A stretch of DNA of 20,000 nucleotides. Origin: Catajapyx aquilonaris. Its lineage: Eukaryota. Where the stretch lies: contig JYFJ02001639.1 of the NCBI GenBank assembly GCA_000934665.2, forward strand, positions 54,706-74,705. Reading direction: 5' to 3'. A program made the position numbers and the translations under genes. Shown piece after piece: positions 12,301 through 20,000 of this stretch; position 1 is the first letter of the stretch, and every line of letters begins with the position of its first letter. The notes under the pieces are model-generated. The model worked only from the letters and a program-made list of their open reading frames with translations, was not told the DNA's origin and ran no database searches.

Positions 12301-15300
12301 CCCCTTCCGAGTGTGAGCATTTCTCGAGCTTAAACAAACCCTCGGTTACTATGTGAACGACAAGCCTCGGTTAGAATTGCGCCGTTGCCACATGTCGCGT
12401 CGTCCCCATTTCCCCGAACCGGTCTGAGCTTCAGCGCGAGTCTTTACCAGCTTGTAAACAAACTCTAGTCAGCAAGTCTAGAAGGTGGAGTGAGGGACAT
12501 GGCATTTGAAAGTCACATTTTTTGACTAGTTGCCGACGTTACGCCGCAAAATGATTTTTTTTACGACACTTCTCGGAGGCCAAAAAATTCACGCTGTGGA
12601 CCCTGGATAGGGTAAATCTTTGTCTTTCTAATGATATATTTGAAACTCGGAAATCGCCATTTGTGTAATCATAATTAAGTTAATTACTTCGCGAATGTAC
12701 CGACGGAAAGCCAGAAATGTGCGTGATAAAATTACATCGTGCTACACTAAAAATTTTAAAGGTATTTAAAAGTATCGCCGTCTATTCCCGCCAGAAATCG
12801 GGCTGAATACTTGTCTATTAAACTTACTAAAACAATACTTTTGAAAATTTTAGTGTAATAGAGCACAATGTAATTTTATCACACACATTTCTGGCTTGCC
12901 GTCGATACATTCGCGAAGTAATTCGGATGAGAAACGCCAAACGGCCGAGATAACTGAGATGTGCAATTTACTTAATTATGATTACACATAGTTGCGATTT
13001 CTGAGTTTCAAATATATCATTAGAAAGACAAAGATTTGCACTATCTATGGTTCACAGGGGGAATTTTCTGGCCTCCTAAAAGTGCCATAAAAACTCATTT
13101 CGCGGAGTAACGTCGGCCACTAGTCAAAAAATGACACCTTTCATTGTTGTTCCCGGCATTCCAAACCCGGTTTATTTGGGGAGACTGCAGGACGGATTCC
13201 ATCACCATGCAACATAACTCGGCACATAACTATGCAACAGCTGGTATACTCTATGGGAGCTAGCGAACCTTGTTCACGCCACCAGCGAATGGTGCTGATG
13301 TCAAAATGGGCAACAATGTCAACAGTACCAGCAAAGTAACTAACAATTAAAAAGCCCCATGATGTCAGTACTATTATCTGGCTGAAAGAACTTGACCTGT
13401 TATATTGATGGGTGAAGCAGCACTGAGAGAGAGGCAATGTACAAGGGTCATCCAACAATTATTGGCAACACTGTCACCACTCAGAAATCCTCCAGCTGGG
13501 ACCAAATGTGGACAGGCACTTTGTGCGTCAGCTATAGGGGACCCCATGGTAGCATTTGTAAAGCAATCGCAGCAGTACGTGTTCTTCAGCAAGATCCAGG
13601 TTGCATGTGGAAAATCTGCCAGCACCATCAAGTTCTCGTGCAGGCATGTGGTGACTCTGTCCTCCCTTACCATACCGCGGTGAGATGGATACATACCCCC
13701 AGGTACTGCGACAGACGCAACCCATGTGGCAGTGACAACTCTGTTGGATATGCACAGGCCATGGGCATGCATGGAATTGGCAAGAGAAATTGGACAGCAG
13801 CATCACTATCACAACAGCAACATCATCTCCGCCCAGCAATTCGCCGTAAGAGGATGGAATTGTTGCAGAGGGGACCGACCCATTGTCCTCCACAACTTTA
13901 GTGAGGGCTTAAGTCGGCCTATTTCTGCTGCTAGGCTCAACACCGACACTAGGGGGTGGTCCTCCTCCTGGAAATTTGGCCACTCTGGGGATCTTTAACG
14001 TGCACTCGTGCAATGTCACAAGCACATGGGACCGACGGCTTTACTTCCCCTCTGAAGGAAAGCGCACTCTCACTTTTCTACCACCCAGAGAAAAGTCACC
14101 AACCTCGGCCAGGTTCAAACTCACAACTTTGGGACCAGGGGCGAGCGCACTAACCACGAGTCCACCAGCACCGGCTGTCCTCCACAACTATGCTTGTGTC
14201 CTGTGGTTATTGCTGTTCAGCAACTTCAGGTATGGGATGGGAGCTGTTGGAACATTCCCCCTATTCACATGGCATGAGTCCACGTGACTGCCATCTTCTT
14301 CCTAAGAAGGACCCCCTAGGTGGCTTTCATTTTCATAAGAGGGAAGCGTGCGCTACATGACACCTCGACAAAAGAGGCTGCTGACGGCATTCAAGACTTC
14401 CAGTGACATGGCAAAATGTAATAAAAATGGCTGGGGACTACTTCTAAGGAATGAGGAATGTTCATGTGTGTATCCAAACTGATTCGCAAATTGAAGCAGT
14501 GTTGGCAATAATTGTCGGATTCCTAGCTCTATAGTTTTATCCACCAGAACACATGCTGCACCATGGTGACACACATTGGGTAGTTTTTCCTAAATCAGGG
14601 GTATTCAACTAGTTTATGACAAGGTCCAGTTTTACCTTTCCTGGGCCATTGAAGGTCCCCCCCCCCCCCTCCCCGGGTAAAGATATGGATTATATATTTT
14701 TGTATGGTACAACAGGGTTCATTTTTGAAAATAGAAAAATGTTTAGCAGCAAGGATTTTCGCCCTTTATGATGTCCTGTACAAGCGCGTAGGCAGAAAAA
14801 TTTCGGAGGGGGGCAACTTCATAAGCACAAGGTGAACAAGCCGTAAAGGGCGTGCGGCGAAATTCTTTTCAGGAGGGTTGAAGGTCACACGAGTTTAGGT
14901 GAAAGTGGGAGAATTGAATGGGTGTGTGTTTGTTAAAATGGGTAGCACTTTTTCCAAAAAATCATGAATTAGTAATTTCTAATGCTATTTCAAACTGTCC
15001 TGTATATCGTCACGGTCCAGACAAAATTACATCGCGGTCCGGATCCGGACCGCCAGTTGAATAGCCCTGTCCTAAATCCTTACATGCTGAATTATGTCAC
15101 TAACCTGCCAAATGCCTGAGCTCCATTCTCGTAAGACATACGATTTGGGCATCAACTTGCCCCAGTACAGATGCAATGTTCTTTGAACTCTCATCATCTT
15201 GTGTAGCCACCAACACAGGCCCAGCTGCTATGGATTCACATACCAAATCTGGAAACAATGCAAAAATTACTTCACGTTCCATCATATGGAAAAGTTCTAA

Positions 15301-18300
15301 GAGGTCGATGTTGCTACACTGACGATGCCATTTCTTGCCTGAAAATCTAGTGAAATCTATTTTCAATCTAGATTAACTACAGACTCACAGAACTTCCCGC
15401 ATTATGTCAAAAAAGTCACTCTGGTATGACTAATTATGTCAATATACAGACTATATATTGTAATTTGGGGCAGACTTCTAAAATGTACGTAGGGGCTGCC
15501 TAGGGAATCAATCTCAGATAGGCCATCCAGCAACTTGAAATTAAAAACTATTCATTATGCCCATTCCGAGGTAGCAGCTAACATAACATTTTACAAGCAA
15601 ACCAAAATCACATGGGCTTGCATCCATTACCTTCCAGGTCTGAACAGCTTAGGTAAACTCTAACCATCGGTACTTATCTACAGTGTTCTGCACACAACTA
15701 CACCCAACATAATGCAAGGGTAATAACTGTCAAATAATCTGCTGTCTTGCAATCATTGTCCCATGAAAGTGTGAATCACTTGGTTTAACATTTTCCGGTA
15801 TCTCAATACTACATTTCCGTATTCAATCAACTCACCAAGCATTTTGGAGTCCCTACTTTCCTTCGACACAACATGAACATGTGTCTTGACCTTAGCAAAG
15901 ATGGCGGCATCAGCAGGGGAGTCAAAAAAGAGGACGGGGTCAGTCATGTGGTCCCGCACGAAATCATGTACATTAGCTCCCCAATTGGTACTGCACAATA
16001 TCTTCTGGCAATGGCTTGGGTCATCATCTCGACGGTTTGCTGACTCAAGCTTGGAGATCACTTCCAGTGTCTGTGGATTAATAGTCAACAGGTCAATAAT
16101 GTTCGTAACCTTTTCGTTGCAGCATTAACAGAAAAGTCCCTGCATTGACGAAATTTATTTTTCAGTTTTACTGCTGGGTTAACTGAGCGAATGTTAAGTC
16201 CCTGGTTTCCACATGTACATTGAAAGTACACTATTATATCTCTCTGAAAATGAGACGTATAGCTTACCTGGTTATGCATATCACCCTCCAACAGACTAAC
16301 ATTTTCTAATATGAGGTGGCCAATGCGTCCAAGGCGCAGAAGTTTTGATTCCACATTTGGCTTCAGCAATGCATTGAGCAAGGCACTAGGGGTAGCAATC
16401 ACGATCTCTGCTCCATTGTACAGGGCAGCCTGAAACGGAACACAGATTATTCAAAAAAAGGAATGAAAAAAATGGGGATGGGATGCTGGGTTTCTGGAGG
16501 CAATAACAATAACAAGTGCATCAATGACAGCTATTGCAAATTTAGCTTGAAGTTGTTATTTTTGTGCCCCAATTGAGGTGCCAAACCATTCCCAGATGTG
16601 GTTGAATATAGCAGCTGCTATATAATTGGACACCTCAATCAGGGTGCAAAGAGCTACACAAAAATGACAACTTCGGGCTAACATTGCACTAACAGGTCCC
16701 CAACGCTTGGAAAAAACTGTACAGTGTCACTCGGCTACTTGGCCAGGGAACAACTAACCTTCACTTATGAATCACACTCACCTCCTGTCCTTTGTCCTTG
16801 TTGAGCAGAAGCAGCACTCTAATCTCGCCATCTGCGCCGAAAACATGTGTGGCCCACTCTTGCACCTTCTGCCCAACTGCTAGTGACTCACATAACATCA
16901 GAACAGAAGGGCCACCTGGACTGGGCTTTCCCCACTTCAGAAGCGCTGCGGCAGTTGCCAGCAGTGCTACAGTCGTCTTCCCTCTTCTATTCACTGCCAC
17001 CATCACAACATCTTTTCCTCGCATCATAGATGGCCCAGCACTGAGCTGCAGAGGCTTCCCTTCCTTAATTCTTGCCCTATCCAGCCACTCGTCGGCACTT
17101 GCGTTTTTCAAGAAGTCCAGCATGTAAATTGCCGAGGGTATCGATCCTTTCCCCACTCTCATCAATTCATGCTGAGCCGTTAACATTGGGTCAGGCAGGT
17201 AGCGATCCTCCTCAGAAATCGGCTTGGAGATCTCACGTAGTACCCTGGCTGGAGCGTCAGGCTCTTTCACATACACTCTTGCTGCCCCAGAGGATTCATC
17301 CATCACCAGACGAGTTGTCTGGTGGGAGTGCCTTTTCACGACTGGAGCCTCTACCGGGTCCCTTGATTGTGGGGTTGGGATTGCCTGAAAACTTTTACGT
17401 TGCCTCCCTCTGAAAGTGTAGTTACAAAATGGTCAGTATTGTTCCTCTGCAGCAAAACAGGCATACTGTCAACTTCAAATTGCACCAAATCAATACACAC
17501 AGGTACAGATCCACATACACAAAAAATACCCCAAGTGGTTTCCCTTTGTGTTCTCTCAATTTTTAAACCCCATGCATTACGTTTTCATGCAAGTGTCATG
17601 ACACTGCTGAAAATGTTTTTGTGATTCATTTAGGTCCTTTCTACCCACTGCCAGTGTAGCAGGATTGCTAGCTTCTTACTTATGAGATCATCGTTTGATC
17701 AATTCCGGCATATTTTTGACAACACAGGTTGACAATCACTTATCCATAACTCTTGGGACTACACTTTTCAGAAAATGGAATGGCAAACTGGGCCTTTCCA
17801 TGGTCATTTTCAGCGCATGAATATTGCAAATTCGGAACTCTCAACCTCTGACTCTCCATGTACACACAGGCACGTAACCTTCAAAATTAGCTCACATAAT
17901 CTACTGACTAATAAGACTTACTCCTTCATAGGTGCATCTTTTCCAGTACGTGTTGCAGCATCCCCCTTTCCATCACACCCTGTACTGCCATTCGCTTCCT
18001 TCTTATCCAAAGACTTCAATATGGCACTCAGGGTGTCCATCTTGGTCCTATATTCTGGCCTGCCACCTTCACTCCTCCTCCTCTCTGGTCCTTCTTCCCT
18101 TCGCTTAGGGCCAGACCAATCTCCATCACTCCTCCTCCTGTCATGCCTTTCATCCTGGTCGTTCTGGCGCCTGGGACCTGCTCCATAGCCCTCTCCATAC
18201 CGCCTGTCTTGTCTCCCTCCACAACCAGCCCCGCCACCGGCTCCATAGCCCCCAGAGTGCCGCCTGTCTTGTTCACCCCAACCATTCTGGCACCTAGCAC

Positions 18301-19659
18301 CAGAACTATCGTATCTCATGCCTGGCCCTCCATCTCTGTGATCTCGGAACATGTTCCTCCCAAGCGACTTGCTCCTTTGATAGCTGCCACGATCCATGCC
18401 AGCTGGCATATACTCTCTTGTCCTCCTATCTATAGGTCGTCGAGGCTTGTCACTGGAATACTCCAGGTTGGGGTTGAATTTTACCCGCCGCTCAGGTACA
18501 GGTGCTGGTTTCGGCTCTGGTTCTGGGATAGGTAACTCTGGCATCTTCGTGGGATCAATGCATGCTGCAGGACTCGTTGCTGTTACGGCACTGCCTCGGC
18601 CGTGATTTTTCACCATCAAGCACGAAATGGCATGTTTTCGATTCAACAGCTCATGCTGCAGGCACACAAACAGCCTGTCTGGTGCTAGATATTCAGTGCG
18701 ACCTTGAATATCATCTTCATCGAACTGAAGTAAGAGGATGATGGGTACCTCTTCCTTGCTCCCCCATTTTTGTGGAACAGGCTGGTCCAGGTAGTTAATG
18801 AAACTGGACATCTTGATCATCCGCACGGCAGCACAATCTCTCAGCAGGGTAGTAACAAAATTTGTAGCTGCTGGTGCCCAATCGATGCCCCGTCTGGAAA
18901 AGAAGTAGTAGTGAAGCACTGTATGATTTCAGAAATGATACTTTGGGTATGTTATTACCCAATCAAAGCCCAATACTGAGCACAAAAATAAGCGAAAGAC
19001 AATAAATAGCATTTAAAAACTAACTTGCATCAACCAATCTAAAACTTTCGCTTTACATAGTGTGAATGATGAGTAAAATGTATACTCACACTGTGTGCAT
19101 CTTCTCTGTAACCCAATTCACCTCTTCAGTGGCTGGCACCAAACCGAAGAGTTTCACAACCATTACCTGGTAGGGCAAGCTCTCAGCCCATACAGGCAAG
19201 GTGCGAATATTGTTCTGTGGTACTCTCGCTGAGTAACCAGCATCGACGAAGACCACACTGTATTCAAATGTACCATCCAGTTGGTGTACGTGTTCGACAA
19301 CAGCCCTCTGCCACCTATGGCTGTCACCACGTTTGTCACCAAGTGCAGCAATGATCTGTTTAGAAGAAAAGTGGTGTGTTAATATTCATTAATTAATATT
19401 AAGCCAGCTGCGATTTGACTGCTGATGATGGAATGACACCCACATCTCCTTCCTGGGGCTCAATCTTGGCTGGGGAGCTCCTTCCCAACTCCTTCTGGAG
19501 CTTTTCTTCCATCTCCTTCCAATTCTCATGCTTCTGCTTTGTTGCCACTGATTTCGACTCCTTGACCCAAAATAATGCAGCATTGCTGACACAAAGGACC
19601 TCTACGGGACTCCCATGATCCCACAGGGCTTCCTCACCATCTCCTACATTTGGAAGCAT
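5190..19659 (-). CDS. TDRD12: TDRD12 / Yb-family Tudor-domain DEAD-box-like piRNA biogenesis factor, 18 coding exons, ~1890 aa
   Basis: Phase-consistent exons: 19659-19444, 19355-19090, 18893-17922, 17409-16782, 16429-16268, 16109-15836, 15248-15105, 9936-9737, 9658-9536, 9304-9168, 8952-8652, 8235-8017, 7952-7273, 7188-6909, 6632-6315, ~6195-5885, 5823-5696, 5503-5190. Domains: eTudor 1 (VEVLCVSNAALFWV...RWQRAVV...VFVDAGY...LPYQ); helicase motifs (KDVVMVAVNRRGKT, IVIATPSAL, HLILENVS, QKILCSTNW...HMTDPV...ADAAIFAKV, VVVATD, VIHYD); zinc finger (CSALQLLGRCDVRNCNCRH); eTudor 2 (KVGDICAV...ARAKV...VFID); eTudor 3 (LCVASYESLWCRVMI...YLDYG...LPILAVECRL); CS domain (PQFVKWRQ...FRKA...W); acidic tail. 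The start ATG (19659) and the exon 16 acceptor are less certain. Confidence 0.88.
7523..7682 (-). repeat. 78-bp coding tandem duplication (26 aa x2) in TDRD12 exon 13
   Basis: PNKTLATASAAAAPKNHQIVRNGPAQ / PNKTLATASAAAAPKKQQIVRNGPAQ; the copies start at 7523 and 7601 on the + strand. Confidence 0.92.
9337..9387. repeat. (TAT)17 microsatellite, intronic
   Basis: Perfect TAT run in the intron between the exons at 9536 and 9304. Confidence 0.97.
10599..10793. mobile_element. Tc1/mariner-type MITE
   Basis: 65-bp TIRs beginning CAGTGCTGGCCATTTATCGAGGCAAC (3 mismatches), TA on both sides (10597-10598, 10794-10795), and an internal perfect 33-bp tandem duplication at 10690-10755. Confidence 0.88.
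11660..12240 (-). pseudogene. Gypsy pol fragment: integrase HHCC zinc-binding domain and start of catalytic core, internally deleted
   Basis: ...GWP...LWGTRVVIP...LHAGHPGISHMKALARSYLWWP...CDKCQ...PVHPWEYAKKPWSRLHMDFAGP. Near 11800 it jumps to a different frame encoding a typical Gypsy pol C-terminus (RARKLPTALEDYVP*). Only the first D of DDE is retained. Confidence 0.88.
12507..13143. mobile_element. Foldback-type non-autonomous DNA element with ~260-bp imperfect inverted arms
   Basis: 12507-~12770 is the reverse complement of ~12835-13143. Examples: CATTTTTTGACTAGT/ACTAGTCAAAAAATG; AAATCTTTGTCTTTCTAATGATATATTTGAAACTC/GAGTTTCAAATATATCATTAGAAAGACAAAGATTT; GTGATAAAATTACAT/ATGTAATTTTATCAC. The right arm has a ~40-bp extra segment. 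TSD and superfamily are not resolved. Confidence 0.82.
13898..14175 (-). mobile_element. tRNA-derived SINE with Deu/Nin-like central domain
   Basis: The minus-strand head has A-box-like TGGACTCGTGGTTAG and B-box-like GAGTTTGAACC. The core CTTCAGAGGGGAAGTAAAGCCGTCGGTCCC...GCACGTTAAAGATCCC resembles the Deu/Nin SINE domain. Perfect 14-bp TSD TGTCCTCCACAACT (13884-13897, 14176-14189). Confidence 0.88.
14596..15069. mobile_element. Non-autonomous hAT (Charlie-like) DNA transposon
   Basis: 15-bp TIRs CAGGGGTATTCAACT / AGTTGAATAGCCCTG (14/15), a perfect 8-bp TSD TCCTAAAT (14588-14595, 15070-15077), and a subterminal palindrome GCGGTCCGGATCCGGACCGC (15034-15053). Confidence 0.9.
16535..16688. repeat. 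Degenerate palindromic element (probable old MITE) in a TDRD12 intron
   Basis: TGCAAATTTAGCTTGAAGTTGTTATTTTTGTG pairs with CACAAAAATGACAACTTCGGGCTAACATTGCA (about 27/32). Inner arms ATTGAGGTG/CACCTCAAT. Perfect 18-bp palindrome ATATAGCAGCTGCTATAT at 16606-16623. Confidence 0.65.
18181..18300 (-). repeat. Diverged 60-bp coding tandem repeat (20 aa x2) in the G/R/D-rich linker of TDRD12
   Basis: CTCCATAGCC...CGCCTGTCTTGT recurs at 18181 and 18241; protein QDRRHSGGYGAG / QDRRYGEGYGAG. Confidence 0.8.
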
Positions 19660-20000
19660 CTTCTTCAACTCCTTTTCAGCTCGCTGGAAGAACAATATGT
19701 CATATAAGATACACTTGAGGGACATTAACACAATCTCCCTGGCTTTTGATGATGCCAATTTTCACACAGTTGGATCTGGAGGATGTTTACACTCAACGGA
19801 AACTTGAAGAGCTGTCAAAGGAGGTGCTAACATGCAGAAGGGGTCTTCAGAATGAACTGGCTTTCATTTTTCAACACTGTATAAACACCTGTATTATTAT
19901 CTGGTTCCATGGTTACGCCTGGGACCTGCTGCGAGTGCCTGACCTTCATTCCAGTTATTTTCCTTTTTGGTCGAGAAGAGATGATCGGGAGAACCGCAAG

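Larger units (their letters stand above)
11512..13239 (-). mobile_element. Internally deleted Ty3/Gypsy (Mag-like) LTR retrotransposon
   Basis: TG...CA termini and a 5-bp TSD GCTGG (11507-11511, 13240-13244). The 143-bp 3' LTR (11512-11654) is preceded on the minus strand by a PPT GGGGGAGG (11655-11662). The 5' LTR remnant (13196-13239) is 43/44 identical to 11611-11654. An integrase fragment lies inside. Confidence 0.88.
10270..14580 (-). mobile_element. Highly decayed non-LTR retrotransposon (RNase H-bearing, R1/LOA/I-like), interrupted by younger insertions
   Basis: Minus-strand remnants lie in the expected order. AP-endonuclease-like ENLMVLADFPHATW (~13596-13637, compare GDFN). RNase H C-terminal motif S*VRAYFGIHGNKLADMEAKLA (10832-10897, compare WVxAHxGIxGNExADxxAK). 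C-terminal QWYHGFFPAV...LVLGHDPFLACLERFGL (10268-10531 ORF, compare FLTGHGxFxxYLxRFGL of R1-type ORF2). Many stops and frameshifts; the outer boundaries are approximate. Confidence 0.6.

Noticed and set aside
14100..14175. tRNA gene
   Set aside because: It has A/B-box-like motifs but no clean cloverleaf, and continues into a SINE body bounded by a TSD.
13141..14574. Cluster of overlapping 65-154 aa ORFs on both strands as a possible nested gene
   Set aside because: No coherent protein or splice structure; explained by the decayed LINE and the SINE.
16110..16142. CAG acceptor at ~16140 for exon 6
   Set aside because: It introduces an in-frame TAA; the AAG acceptor at 16110 keeps the frame.
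19161..19167. Splice donor CAG|GTAATG ending exon 2 at 19167
   Set aside because: The frame continues with eTudor-like VMVVKLFGLVP to a GTGAGT donor at 19089, whose phase matches the next exon.
19903..19916. RFX X-box-like GGTTCCATGGTTAC upstream of TDRD12
   Set aside because: Imperfect match and unknown TSS; could be chance.

Overview
Animal genomic DNA, probably arthropod (inferred from gene content, short GT-AG introns and repeat types). It holds two intron-containing genes, both on the minus strand. (1) A complete 5-exon DHHC palmitoyltransferase of the ZDHHC3/7 type (2685->1120, 269 aa). (2) An 18-coding-exon TDRD12/Yb-family piRNA-pathway gene (19659->5190, about 1890 aa) with the architecture eTudor, G/R/D-rich linker, degenerate DEAD-box helicase, CCCH-like zinc finger, eTudor, eTudor, CS/p23, acidic tail. 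The 5.2-kb intron that splits the helicase region (9937-15104) is a nested stack of transposons. A decayed non-LTR retroelement carries a Tc1/mariner MITE, a tRNA-derived SINE with a 14-bp TSD, and an internally deleted Ty3/Gypsy element with a 5-bp TSD that itself contains a ~640-bp foldback element; a hAT MITE with an 8-bp TSD lies beside it. A PIF/Harbinger-like MITE lies just upstream of the ZDHHC start. I see no convincing wholly new biological system. The most notable points are the TE stack inside a piRNA-biogenesis gene (all three retroelements co-oriented with the host transcript), the pseudo-helicase and degenerate Tudor cages, and two splicing oddities. Exon coordinates were derived by hand from GT/AG sites and reading-frame continuity.
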